Source: an uncultured Pseudomonadota bacterium | GTDB lineage: Bacteria > Pseudomonadota > Alphaproteobacteria > RF32 > CAG-239 | Assembly (NCBI GenBank): GCA_949298065.1 | Contig: CASFUZ010000014.1 | Coordinates: 5,395 to 69,394, forward strand | Direction: 5' to 3' | Length of the DNA: 64,000 nucleotides | Shown here: piece by piece, positions 37,981 through 47,798 of the stretch | Numbering within the stretch: position 1 is the first letter of the stretch | How the letters are laid out: every line of letters starts with the position of its first letter | Position numbers and translations under genes: made by a program | The notes under the pieces: generated by a model | What the model was told of the DNA's origin: nothing | The model's input: the letters and a program-made list of their open reading frames with translations, nothing else | The model's database searches: none

Positions 37981-38076
37981 TTGACAAAGAGATTTTTTTA
38001 TGCTAAAAGCAAAATATCACTTACCAGAAGTGTATCTGCCAAACAGCTTTGTTACCAAACAAAGCTGTTTTTTTTG
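37981..38076 (+). ncRNA. candidate small RNA or leader: consensus -35 TTGACA followed about 55 nt later by a strong intrinsic terminator with no upstream + strand gene
   Basis: Terminator aaacagctttgtt-accaa-acaaagctgttt plus T8 at 38041-38076; TTGACA at 37981-37986; weak -10. Confidence 0.3.
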
Positions 38077-38105
38077 TTTTAAACAACAACTTGGAGAAAA
38101 AGAAT

Positions 38106-39068
38106 ATGTCTGAAACCTTAGAAATCGGCAGCATCAAACCGCGTATTCGTTATGAAGGAGACGGAAGCACCAAAGAGTTCAACTTTGCTTTTACCATCTT
38201 TGACGAAAGCGACATTGATGTTTATGCAGATGAAATTTTATTATCTGACGGCTACACCGTTCAACAAGAAGAGCAAGGCGGAAAAGTAATTTTCAACACC
38301 GCCCCCGCAAGCGGTATAATCATCACAATTTATCGTAATTTAGAGCTCAAACGCACCACCAATTTTCAGGAGGTCGGACCTTTTCGCACATCAAAAGTCA
38401 ATCTGGAATTTGATTATCAATTAGCCTGTATGGAACAACTGCAAGACTTAATCAGTCGCACCGTGACTTTTCCCCCTTATTCCCCCACGCAACTAAATGT
38501 AACTCTCCCCATGCCTATACCGGGGAAAGCCATTATCTGGAATTCGGAAGGCAACAGTTTACAAAATTCCAGTATAGAAATAGAAGAATTAAGTCATTAC
38601 TATAGTGATATTGTACAAAAAGCAACTGAAGTAGCCACCAACACCGGCAAAACACTAACAGCTAACACACAGGCACAAGAAGCAGCGCAACAGGCAATAC
38701 AAAAGGCACAATTTGTCCAAAACAGACCTGAAACAATATATACCCAACAAAAAACGTTGGAAACAAGCGAAGGAGATATAACCATCTCCATAGAGCCCGG
38801 AATTTTTGAATATGCCGTAACGCCTTCTGGCAACATCAACTTCAGTTTTGATTTTAGTCAATGCAACACCGACATGATAATCAGCTTTTCCTTACTTTTA
38901 AAAGAAACAGCAGCTGATTACACATATTCATACAACTTTGAAGATAACGAGAATTTTCAGTGGCTTGATAATTTACCGGCCATCCCGAGCGGTAGTTATT
39001 TAATGACTTTCCGCCGCTACCCCGATGGGCATATTTTAGGTGTAGCCAATGGAGTAATAGCATCATGA
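38106..39068 (+). CDS. phage T7-like tail-fibre N-terminal-domain protein
   Basis: Start at MSETLE. N-terminus matches T7 gp17 N-domain pattern (Y..DGS...FN..F ... I.I.R...R.T.F......R...LN....Q). Confidence 0.55.
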   Translation: MSETLEIGSIKPRIRYEGDGSTKEFNFAFTIFDESDIDVYADEILLSDGYTVQQEEQGGKVIFNTAPASGIIITIYRNLELKRTTNFQEVGPFRTSKVNLEFDYQLACMEQLQDLISRTVTFPPYSPTQLNVTLPMPIPGKAIIWNSEGNSLQNSSIEIEELSHYYSDIVQKATEVATNTGKTLTANTQAQEAAQQAIQKAQFVQNRPETIYTQQKTLETSEGDITISIEPGIFEYAVTPSGNINFSFDFSQCNTDMIISFSLLLKETAADYTYSYNFEDNENFQWLDNLPAIPSGSYLMTFRRYPDGHILGVANGVIAS

Positions 39069-39715
39069 CAATAATGGGAAAATCAAACACCTTAGGAGGG
39101 AGTGTCTGCGCCTACTTTCCTGGAACAATTCTATTTGACGGAAAAAACGGAGCATCTGCAAATATTTCACTAAAAAAAGGAACATATTACATCCGAGCCC
39201 AAGGTGCCGGAGCCGGCGGCGGTAACAGCGGAGCCTATGGTATCGGCGGCGGTGGCGGTAGTGGTGCTGGATTTGACGGTAATATTTACATAAATAACAA
39301 TCAAGAAAACATAATCTGTTATGCCGGCATTGCCGAACAAGCCAACCGAAAAAATGGTGAAGCCAGCTATATAGGCGATTTAATAACTTTAGGCGGAGGT
39401 TTTGTTGGTGGCTCAGATAATGGCAAAGCAGGATCTGGCGGAACTTTAACCATATCTAACAATATAAACATCATCTCATACGACATTAAATCAAATGGCA
39501 ACCCCGGAAATCCTACAATAAACGGTTCAGCAACAAAAGCCGGTGGAAATTCCGTCATCACCAACACTGGTGGCGGAATATACAAAGGAACTTTCGCAGA
39601 ACGCTGCGCTACTGCTCCGGGAGCAGGAGGTGCTGGAGGCAAACAATGGGATTTAAACGGCGGCTATGGCATGTATGGCGAAGTTAAAATTCAATATCTA
39701 AAACCCAAACCATAA
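39065..39715 (+). CDS. glycine-rich repeat protein (phage tail-fibre distal segment-like)
   Basis: Overlaps upstream stop by 4 bp; long GGxGG/GAGAGGGNSG tracts; ends GGYGMYGEVKIQY. Confidence 0.45.
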   Translation: MTIMGKSNTLGGSVCAYFPGTILFDGKNGASANISLKKGTYYIRAQGAGAGGGNSGAYGIGGGGGSGAGFDGNIYINNNQENIICYAGIAEQANRKNGEASYIGDLITLGGGFVGGSDNGKAGSGGTLTISNNINIISYDIKSNGNPGNPTINGSATKAGGNSVITNTGGGIYKGTFAERCATAPGAGGAGGKQWDLNGGYGMYGEVKIQYLKPKP

Positions 39716-39730
39716 ATTAAGGAGAAAAAA

Positions 39731-40132
39731 ATGTATGCAAAACTTATCAATGGGATATTAACACCCGCGCCATCAAACTTAAGCAAAAATAATACCTTTT
39801 ACCAAAACTACAATCGGGATACAAATGCCGAAATGCTCTTAACTGATGGCTACAAACCTGTGGAAGAAACGCTCCCCCCAACAGATATGAAACAACCTAG
39901 GAAATACTATGTTGAAAATGAAGACAAAATAATTTCAGTCTATACAGAATCTTACGTTGAACCCGATTATCGTGAAAAACGCGCTTCCGAATATCCTGAT
40001 TTCAGAGAATATTTAGATGCCATGGTTAAAATTAACTCCGGCTCTGAAGAACTAATTGCAGAGGGAAAAACGCAACTACAAAATTACTACGACCTCTGCC
40101 TTGAAGTCAAAGCAAAATACCCCAAAGAATAA
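39731..40132 (+). CDS. hypothetical protein (possible tail-fibre assembly/chaperone; speculative)
   Basis: 133-aa ORF with RBS GGAGAAAAAA, immediately after the Gly-rich ORF. Confidence 0.4.
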   Translation: MYAKLINGILTPAPSNLSKNNTFYQNYNRDTNAEMLLTDGYKPVEETLPPTDMKQPRKYYVENEDKIISVYTESYVEPDYREKRASEYPDFREYLDAMVKINSGSEELIAEGKTQLQNYYDLCLEVKAKYPKE

Positions 40133-40138
40133 CAAAAC

Positions 40139-40172
40139 GGCCGGAGCAAAAACTCCGGCCTGCTTCTTTATT
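40139..40172. terminator. bidirectional intrinsic terminator
   Basis: ggccggag-caaaaa-ctccggcc hairpin with flanking A/T runs. Confidence 0.7.
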
Positions 40173-41130
40173 GTTCAAGTGCCCAAGTGGTGCGGATAAT
40201 TTCTTCAATATTAGTGTATTTCGGAACCCAACCGAGCATTTCTTTAGCCTTGGCAGAAGAAGCTGTCAGCACAGCAGGATCACCGGAACGCCGTCCGACA
40301 TATTCAACCTTAAGCTTTTTGCCAATCACTTTTTCGGTTGCCGCAATAATCTCTTTGACGGTTGTCCCCTGCCCTGTTCCTAAGTTTAGACTATCAGAAA
40401 CACCTCCCTTGAGCAAATGCTCAATTGCCAAAACATGGGCTTTGGCCAAATCCGTCACATGGATATAATCTCTGACGCAAGTTCCATCACGCGTATCATA
40501 ATCTGTTCCGAAGACGCAAAGCTTTTCTCTGCGCCCCGTTGCCGCATCCATAATAATCGGCAACAAATTTTGTGAGCCGATTTCGCGTCCTCTAATACTT
40601 CCTTCCGCATCATAGCCGACAGCATTAAAATAGCGCAGCGCCATATAATGAAAATCCTTAAGCTTGGCATACCATTCCATATATCTTTCAATATCAAGTT
40701 TGGTGTAGCCGTAAAAATTAATTGGCTTTAAGGGATGCTTTTCATCAATAGGCAAATATTCAGGCATTCCGTAAACTGCGGCAGAAGACGAAAAAACAAT
40801 ATGGCGCACATTGTTCTTAAGCATCGCATTCAAGATATTTAATGAGCCAATCATATTATTTTGCGCATAAAGCGCCGGATTTTCCATAGATTCGCCAACC
40901 GCTTTTTTGGCCGCCAAATGCACCACCGCATCTTGCCCCTTCATAGCATCCGAGAGCTTTTCAAAATCCAAAATATCCCCTTTAATAAACTTGGCTTGCG
41001 AAAATAAGTTTATCTCTCTGCCTGTTGAAAGATTATCATATACGCTAACCTCATAACCGTTTTTTAAAAGAGCCTTAACTACATGGCTTCCGATATAACC
41101 GGCACCGCCGGCAACCAGGACTTTAACCAT
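40168..41130 (-). CDS. galE: UDP-glucose 4-epimerase
   Basis: VLVAGGAGYIGSHVV Rossmann motif, YGYTKLDIE-type YxxxK, GalE length. Confidence 0.85.
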   Translation of the reverse strand: MVKVLVAGGAGYIGSHVVKALLKNGYEVSVYDNLSTGREINLFSQAKFIKGDILDFEKLSDAMKGQDAVVHLAAKKAVGESMENPALYAQNNMIGSLNILNAMLKNNVRHIVFSSSAAVYGMPEYLPIDEKHPLKPINFYGYTKLDIERYMEWYAKLKDFHYMALRYFNAVGYDAEGSIRGREIGSQNLLPIIMDAATGRREKLCVFGTDYDTRDGTCVRDYIHVTDLAKAHVLAIEHLLKGGVSDSLNLGTGQGTTVKEIIAATEKVIGKKLKVEYVGRRSGDPAVLTASSAKAKEMLGWVPKYTNIEEIIRTTWALEQ

Positions 41131-41138
41131 TTTTCCTC

Positions 41139-42440
41139 CTATCTCATACCAATGCAGGCGTAATCAAAACCGGCGGCCTTAACTTCGGTTACATTGAGCA
41201 TATTACGCAAATCCAAAATCTTATGCGTTTTCATCTGTCCGCGAACCTTATTTAGATCTGCATTTCTGAACTCTTCCCATTCGGTTAAGATAACCAAAAT
41301 ATCGGCATCTTTGCAGGCTTCGTAAGCATCTTGAGCATATTTAACCTTATCTCCGATAATTTTTTTGGCATTATCCATAGCCTTAGGGTCATAAACCGTA
41401 ACATTAGAAGAATGTTTGATAATTTCAGAAACAATATCCATCGCCGGAGATTCTCTGCAATCATCGGTTCCGCCCTTAAAAGCCAAGCCCCAAACGGCAA
41501 TTTTACCGTTTTTATCTTTGTCTAAAGAATCAATCACCCTTTGCGCCATATTAACCTTGCGCTCATCATTTTTGGCAATGGTTGTCTCAATCAGGTTCAA
41601 ATGCGCACCATACTTACGTCCCATCTGCGCCATAGCATTGGTATCTTTGGGGAAGCAAGAGCCACCATATCCTGGTCCCGGATTCAAAAACTTTTTGCCA
41701 ATTCTGGAATCAAGCCCCATACCTTTGGCAACTTCCCGAATATCCGCACCGGCTTTTTCGCAAAAATCCGCCATTTCGTTAATATAATGAATCTTCATTG
41801 CCAAGAAAGCATTGGAAGCATATTTGATTGTCTCGGAGGACTTGCGGTTAACCAACAAGAACTCGGTTTTACCTTCAAAAGGTGCATACAGCTTGAGCAA
41901 AACATTGCGAGCTTTTTCGTTATTTGCACCGATAACAATACGGTCTGGATGGAAGAAGTCATGCACGGCAAAACCTTCGCGTAAAAATTCCGGCAAAGAA
42001 ACCACATCATAGTCTGCTGTCGGATTAACCTTTTTGATAATGGCTTCCACCTCATCACCTGTTCCGACCGGAACGGTAGATTTAGTTGCTACCACCGTAT
42101 ATCCGTCTAAGTATTGCGCCAATTCTTCCGCCGCAGCATAAATATACTTAAGATCAGCTTCTTTGGTAACCGGATGCGGCGGCGTTCCGACAGCCAACAT
42201 AACCACATCAACTCCGTTCACGGCTTTTGCCATATCGGTTGTAAAAGACAGCGCACCGCTTTTGCGGTGTTTTTGAAACAACTCTTCCATACCATCTTCA
42301 TAAATAGTAGCCTTTCCGGCAGATAGTGAAGCTATCTTTTCCTCAATTTTGTCCACACAAACAACTTCATTACCAAGCTCAGCCAAGCCGATACCTGTCG
42401 GCAAACCGACATATCCGGTTCCAATAATCGCAATTTTCAT
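41139..42440 (-). CDS. ugd: UDP-glucose 6-dehydrogenase / nucleotide-sugar dehydrogenase
   Basis: MKIAIIGTGYVGLPTG N-terminus, catalytic GGSCFPKD cysteine motif. Confidence 0.9.
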   Translation of the reverse strand: MKIAIIGTGYVGLPTGIGLAELGNEVVCVDKIEEKIASLSAGKATIYEDGMEELFQKHRKSGALSFTTDMAKAVNGVDVVMLAVGTPPHPVTKEADLKYIYAAAEELAQYLDGYTVVATKSTVPVGTGDEVEAIIKKVNPTADYDVVSLPEFLREGFAVHDFFHPDRIVIGANNEKARNVLLKLYAPFEGKTEFLLVNRKSSETIKYASNAFLAMKIHYINEMADFCEKAGADIREVAKGMGLDSRIGKKFLNPGPGYGGSCFPKDTNAMAQMGRKYGAHLNLIETTIAKNDERKVNMAQRVIDSLDKDKNGKIAVWGLAFKGGTDDCRESPAMDIVSEIIKHSSNVTVYDPKAMDNAKKIIGDKVKYAQDAYEACKDADILVILTEWEEFRNADLNKVRGQMKTHKILDLRNMLNVTEVKAAGFDYACIGMR

Positions 42441-42536
42441 ATCAAGTCCTTACATAAGTCTAAAAAGATGACAGCATTGTAGCAATCAACCTTAGAAAAT
42501 CAACGGAAATATACCGCCTTTCCACCACTAAAAAAA

Positions 42537-44129
42537 TCACAGAAGAGCCTTGCAGATTTTAAGACCGTCAACGGCGGAAGAAACAATACCACCGGCATAG
42601 CCTGCCCCTTCACCGCAAGGATAAAGCCCTTTGATGTTTGCTTCAAAATTTTCATCACGCAAAATGCGGATAGGCGATGAACTTCTGGTCTCCACACCGG
42701 TCAAGACCGCATCATGAGCGGCAAAACCATGGAGCTTTTTATCCATCTCCGCTAAGGCCAACCGCATTGTTTCAAAGACATAAGGCGGCAAAATATCGGC
42801 CAAATTACAAAAGCGCACTCCCGGCGTATAAGAAGGCGTAACTTCTCCTTGCCCTGAAGAGGGCTGATTTTTCAAGAAATCGCCGACCAATTGCGCCGGA
42901 GCTTTGTAGTCTTCTCCACCAAGCCGAAAAGCCGCCTCTTCCAATTTGCGTTGAAAATACATTCCCTGAAGCGGATGCTCTCCGCCAAAATCTTTGGGCT
43001 CAACCCCAACCAACAGTGCGGCATTAGCATTCTCTTTGGCGCGGGCAAATTCGCTCATTCCGTTGGTAACCACGCGTCCTTCCTCGGAAGCAGCAGCCAC
43101 CACCTCGCCCCCAGGACACATACAGAAAGTATAAGCCGAACGCTTATTGGCAAAATGGGTTGCCAACTTATAATCTGCCGCACCCAAGGCTTTGTGGTTC
43201 GCAAACCGCCCATATTGCGCCTGATTAATCATCTGTTGCTTGTGTTCTATTCTGGCACCGACAGAAAAAGGTTTTTGCTCTATTTTTATACCATTGCGGT
43301 ATAACATCTCAAAAGTATCACGCGCGCTATGCCCCACCGCCAAAATCACCTTATCCGTTGCCAAATCATAAACCTCGCCGTTTGCTTGACGAACTTTTAC
43401 ACCGACCAAGACACCGTCTTTAACAATCAAATCTTCCAATCTGTTTTCAAAGCGATATTCTCCGCCGAGCTCCACGATTTTTTTGCGAATATTCTGCACC
43501 ACGATTGCCAAGTTATCCGTACCGATATGGGGCTTTGCCAAATATAATATCTCTTCAGGAGCTCCTGCCAAAACCAGCTCATGCAAAACTTTGGCGGTAA
43601 ATTCGTCTTTCTTAATCCCTGTCATCAACTTGCCGTCAGAAAAAGTCCCTGCCCCGCCTTCACCGAATTGCACATTAGATTCGGTTTTGAGTTGTCCGCA
43701 TTTCCAGAAAAAATCAACATCCTTTTGGCGTTCGGAAAGTTTTTTGCCGCGCTCTAGCAAAATCGGCTTCAGTCCGGCTTCCGCCAGAGCCAAACCCGCA
43801 AACATTCCGGCCGGACCTGTTCCGACCACCACGGGGCGTAAGGCAGAGATTTTATGAGAATGTGTAAAGGAAACAATTTTTTCTTGCTTGATTTGCCAAA
43901 CATCTTTCCAAGCCAAAATGGTAGAAATATAGTCTTCATCACCAAAAACTTCCATATCCAAGGCATAAACAAACTGCACATTACTTTTATTGCGCGCATC
44001 CACCGATTTTTTGGCAATCTTCAGGCTTTTAATCCGCTCCGGCTCAAGCCCTGTCTTCATGGAAACGATTTCCTTCAAACCCTCCATATCAACGTCTAAA
44101 TCAGCTTTAATATTGTTTATCCTAATCAT
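42537..44129 (-). CDS. FAD-dependent oxidoreductase (COG2509-type uncharacterised FAD protein)
   Basis: FAD GxGxxG VVVGTGPAGMFAG, about 530 aa. Confidence 0.7.
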   Translation of the reverse strand: MIRINNIKADLDVDMEGLKEIVSMKTGLEPERIKSLKIAKKSVDARNKSNVQFVYALDMEVFGDEDYISTILAWKDVWQIKQEKIVSFTHSHKISALRPVVVGTGPAGMFAGLALAEAGLKPILLERGKKLSERQKDVDFFWKCGQLKTESNVQFGEGGAGTFSDGKLMTGIKKDEFTAKVLHELVLAGAPEEILYLAKPHIGTDNLAIVVQNIRKKIVELGGEYRFENRLEDLIVKDGVLVGVKVRQANGEVYDLATDKVILAVGHSARDTFEMLYRNGIKIEQKPFSVGARIEHKQQMINQAQYGRFANHKALGAADYKLATHFANKRSAYTFCMCPGGEVVAAASEEGRVVTNGMSEFARAKENANAALLVGVEPKDFGGEHPLQGMYFQRKLEEAAFRLGGEDYKAPAQLVGDFLKNQPSSGQGEVTPSYTPGVRFCNLADILPPYVFETMRLALAEMDKKLHGFAAHDAVLTGVETRSSSPIRILRDENFEANIKGLYPCGEGAGYAGGIVSSAVDGLKICKALL

Positions 44130-44228
44130 TCCTGCGCCTTTTGTGTTTAAATAAAACCTAATTTACTTGCCAATATACACAAATTGCGCTAAAAGTTAAG
44201 TTCAAAAATAACTATTGCGGAAGACAAT

Positions 44229-44891
44229 ATGACCACGGACTTAGAGTTATTTATGCTCTGGAACAACGGCCGAAAGCTTGAAGAGCAAATTATTGAGGAT
44301 ATTCAAAAACAATATGAAATTATCAGCCTCTGCGAAGTGAGCTGGAGCAAAGAACATTTTGCCACCAATCTGGCACGTTTTTATGGCAAAAACTTGCGCA
44401 AAGGCCGCAAAAAAATCAAAGAAAGCGGCACGGGACCTTTTCTGCTGATTGTGGTTGCCGACCATTCCCCGCAATATTACAATGGCAAAAACATAAACCT
44501 CACCACCAGTAAATCTAAATATCGCAAGCTTTTCGGCGGTGGCTATATGGTTCACGCCAGCGACTGCGCCAAAGAAGCTTTTGAAAACTTTTTGTTCCTC
44601 ACCGGAGAAAATCTGGCAGACTTTGCCCAAAACAAAAAAGGCAGTCCAATCGCCTTTGGCGACCCTGTCGGGATTAAACCGTGGCAAGATGAGGCCGAAA
44701 TCAGCCAACTTTTGAGCAAAATCTCGGATTGTCAGATAGACTTTGAACAAGCCCCAATCTGCATAAAGACCGCCGACCCAAATTTTGTGGCACGCTTACT
44801 TAATGCTAAGAAATGTTGGCTTGGCAAAAATCTATATAAAGTCAACCTAAACGAACAAAAACACAAGCTTAAGATTATACCTCTTTCTTAG
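44229..44891 (+). CDS. hypothetical protein
   Basis: 220-aa ORF, no recognisable family. Confidence 0.4.
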   Translation: MTTDLELFMLWNNGRKLEEQIIEDIQKQYEIISLCEVSWSKEHFATNLARFYGKNLRKGRKKIKESGTGPFLLIVVADHSPQYYNGKNINLTTSKSKYRKLFGGGYMVHASDCAKEAFENFLFLTGENLADFAQNKKGSPIAFGDPVGIKPWQDEAEISQLLSKISDCQIDFEQAPICIKTADPNFVARLLNAKKCWLGKNLYKVNLNEQKHKLKIIPLS

Positions 44892-45210
44892 ACGAAGGCT
44901 CATCATCATCGTCATCATCTGCGGAAGAAAAGAAAACCCGAAACACCGCCTTGCGATACATCCACAAATTAATCAAGCCCAAAACCACGGACAAAGAACC
45001 GAACAAATAGAGCATATAATACCAGTTCAACTCATTGGCGCTCATCATCACATCTTGCCCCGAGACCCGAATAAAACCGATAGCCACTGCCGTAATGGCA
45101 AAACAAAGCATAAAAGCCAAAGACCAAATACGGTTTAAGACCCGCTTTTGAACCATAAACGCCGTCAGAACATACATCAAAAACATTGCCAAAAACAAAT
45201 ATATTTCCAT
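44875..45210 (-). CDS. small membrane protein with poly-Asp C-terminus
   Basis: Three TM helices then SSADDDDDDEPSSKKEV. Confidence 0.4.
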   Translation of the reverse strand: MEIYLFLAMFLMYVLTAFMVQKRVLNRIWSLAFMLCFAITAVAIGFIRVSGQDVMMSANELNWYYMLYLFGSLSVVLGLINLWMYRKAVFRVFFSSADDDDDDEPSSKKEV

Positions 45211-45338
45211 AACTTTTTCCTTTATAAAAATGTACCTGACTTATAAATAATCCATACAAAACCTTTTTCAATTTCCGGCAACAAAAAAGGACTTTGACAT
45301 AAATGTCAAAATCCTTTTTCGTTATTTTTTTGCCGACT

Positions 45339-45572
45339 TTAGAACCATTTACAAATATAAATGATTACTCCGACAATAAAGCCGGCAATAAATCCCATTA
45401 CACCAGCGGAGAAAATAATGCTGGCTATTAACCAACAAATAGCTCCGCCTACAAGACCAAAAATACCTCCCAAAAAGAAGATACCGATGATCTTGCAAAA
45501 AAAATCCATAATAGCACCTCCAAACAATGCGCAAAGCACAAAGATGGAGATAATTCCAATTACAATTTCCAT
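45339..45572 (-). CDS. small glycine-zipper membrane protein (77 aa)
   Basis: GxxxG-rich TM helices; T-rich homopolymer tract immediately upstream. Confidence 0.4.
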   Translation of the reverse strand: MEIVIGIISIFVLCALFGGAIMDFFCKIIGIFFLGGIFGLVGGAICWLIASIIFSAGVMGFIAGFIVGVIIYICKWF

Positions 45573-45757
45573 AACTTTTTATTTTTTTTTATTATTTTTC
45601 TTTTTTTTATTTCTCTCTCAACCGCACAATTATCAACATAATTCTTATTTTTGTACTTTAGATTATAGCACAAAAAACCCCCTTTGACAACAATCCTTGA
45701 GAGCCGGAATTTTTAAACTTTTATGACAAAAACATGAGCACTTTTTCAGCTCACAAA

Positions 45758-46016
45758 ATCTGTATTAGCTGTCCATTATACGAATTTTTGCAAAAGTTTG
45801 GAGAATGAGACAGATAGTAAGAAATAAGGCAAAAGTACCCTGCCGCAAAAGAAAGCCCCCAAATGTGCTTTCTTTAAGGAAAAGCAATGAGACTTTCCTT
45901 TGTTAGAATGCGACAGCTTTCGCAACAAAGGTATAGTCGGAATTGGTACATTGAGGTACGTGAGGACACTTTTGCCCTGAAATTTCTGTACTAGCTGTCC
46001 ATTATACAAACTTTTG
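45758..46016. repeat. small repeat element, copy 2 (about 259 bp; same family as 36988-37135, with about 110-bp extra internal segment)
   Basis: Terminal direct repeats tctgtattagctgtccattatacgaatttttg / tttctgtactagctgtccattatacaaacttttg; shared internal blocks with copy 1. Confidence 0.75.
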
Positions 46017-46018
46017 TA

Positions 46019-47773
46019 TTACAGCTTAGGCCACTCCCCATGCACCAACTCTTCCAAACTTTCGCTCGGCTGCCCGAAACGCGCGTTATACATCCAAAAG
46101 TTCGCCAAAACACGCTCAATATAAATACGCGTCTGCCGCGAGGGGATAGCTTCAATAAACATCAGCGGATCATTACCATATTTCACCCGCTTCTGCCATT
46201 TATACAAATTTCCCGGCCCTGCATTATACGCCGTAGTCAGGAAAAATAAGTTATTACTGATAAAATCCTTTTCCATCAGGTAGTTTACATAGCGCTGCCC
46301 GGTTTCCAGATTATATTCTGTTTCAAACAAAGGCGTGGAATCTCTGCGCAAACGCTTGTCTTTGGTAACATAAGCCGCCGTGCTTGACAAAAGCTGCATT
46401 AAACCTTTAGCACCTGCTCCGCTCTGCGCCTTGGCATTAAAACCGGATTCTTGACGCACCAATGCCCAAACTAAAGCCCTGTCAACCTGCCACCCGTTTT
46501 TCGGCTCCCAGTCAGGGTCCGGATAAGCAATTCCGTCATAATAAATCTCGCGTTCATTATCTTTAATCAAATTAGATATACTAATCGCCAAAGCATGCAT
46601 ATTATATTGCTTGGCAATAAACAAAGCTGCTTCGCGTTGCTTTTCGTTCATTGCGTCCAAATCTGCGCGCAACTCTTTGGCCGCCAAATCAGGCTGTTTG
46701 GCATGTATCAAAACCAATGCACGCCGAATAGAAGGCGATGCCGTTAACTCACTAACCACGCCACAGTTACTGAAATCATTTAAGTATGGCACACTGTCCC
46801 AGTTATATTTGAGCGGATTACCCAAAGCATAGTTAGCCAACAAGCCATAAAATGTCCGCCGATATTTTGAGGCCATAGTCAAATATTTTTTGGCCTTTTT
46901 AGCATCGCCTATTTTGTCATAAGCCCGATAAGCCCAATAAGCTCCGGCCGAAATCAGCCATTCGTCATTATCATTTTTTGCCCCGAGCTTCCCAAAATTA
47001 ATGGCTGCTTCTCTAATTTTCCCTTGCCGCCAAAAAGCCAAACCTCTAAACCAAAGCCCGGTTGCATCTTGGCTGCGTCTGGCCGGTTTGGCGGACCACT
47101 CCAAAGCAAGTTTGTCCTGCCCGTCCAAAAAATAAAGAGTTGTCAGGGTTGCTGCCATCGCATCCCATTCTCTATCAGGAATTGCCATCCGCAAAGCCTT
47201 GTTCTGCAAAATCCTTTTGGCACGAAGCGTTTTGCCCTGATTAATATAACGCAAAAACTTATTCACATTCTGCCGCACAAGCTGACGTTTTGCCGGAGAT
47301 AAGTTTTCATAATCATTATTATACCAGCTATAAGGCGTTCGGTTAATTTTAGACAAGCTATCCGGTTTCATCAGCTCATCTTTATTGCCTTTTCTGGAAG
47401 CTAATCTATAAATACGCGGCGCTTGCGGATGGTCGCTGTAAAGCTCCAACCATTCCTTAAGCTCATCATAACTTGATTTATAAGTTTTGGATAAATATTT
47501 TTGCGCCAAGACATGACCCATCAAAATCTGATTTTCAACTTCATCAGATAAATCATCGGCTTCTTCTATATCTTCTTTCTCAATAGCTCTGAAAATTTTC
47601 TTATAAAGCGTAACATCATCTTTATCAATGGTCATTTCAGACAAGAGCTGATTATAGCAAGAACTGTCAATAACGCTTGTCGGTTCGGCTAAAACTTGAG
47701 AAGCACAACCGACCCCAACCATAAAAGCCAAACTTGCTAAAACGCTCTTGCGAAACACCGCCTCAAACCCCAA
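46019..47773 (-). CDS. slt: soluble lytic murein transglycosylase (Slt70-like)
   Basis: Signal peptide, superhelical N-domain, SLT catalytic motif ALVRQESGFNAKAQSGAGAKGLMQL. Confidence 0.8.
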   Translation of the reverse strand: MGFEAVFRKSVLASLAFMVGVGCASQVLAEPTSVIDSSCYNQLLSEMTIDKDDVTLYKKIFRAIEKEDIEEADDLSDEVENQILMGHVLAQKYLSKTYKSSYDELKEWLELYSDHPQAPRIYRLASRKGNKDELMKPDSLSKINRTPYSWYNNDYENLSPAKRQLVRQNVNKFLRYINQGKTLRAKRILQNKALRMAIPDREWDAMAATLTTLYFLDGQDKLALEWSAKPARRSQDATGLWFRGLAFWRQGKIREAAINFGKLGAKNDNDEWLISAGAYWAYRAYDKIGDAKKAKKYLTMASKYRRTFYGLLANYALGNPLKYNWDSVPYLNDFSNCGVVSELTASPSIRRALVLIHAKQPDLAAKELRADLDAMNEKQREAALFIAKQYNMHALAISISNLIKDNEREIYYDGIAYPDPDWEPKNGWQVDRALVWALVRQESGFNAKAQSGAGAKGLMQLLSSTAAYVTKDKRLRRDSTPLFETEYNLETGQRYVNYLMEKDFISNNLFFLTTAYNAGPGNLYKWQKRVKYGNDPLMFIEAIPSRQTRIYIERVLANFWMYNARFGQPSESLEELVHGEWPKL

Positions 47774-47798
47774 GATTCAAAGTTACATTATTCAGCAA

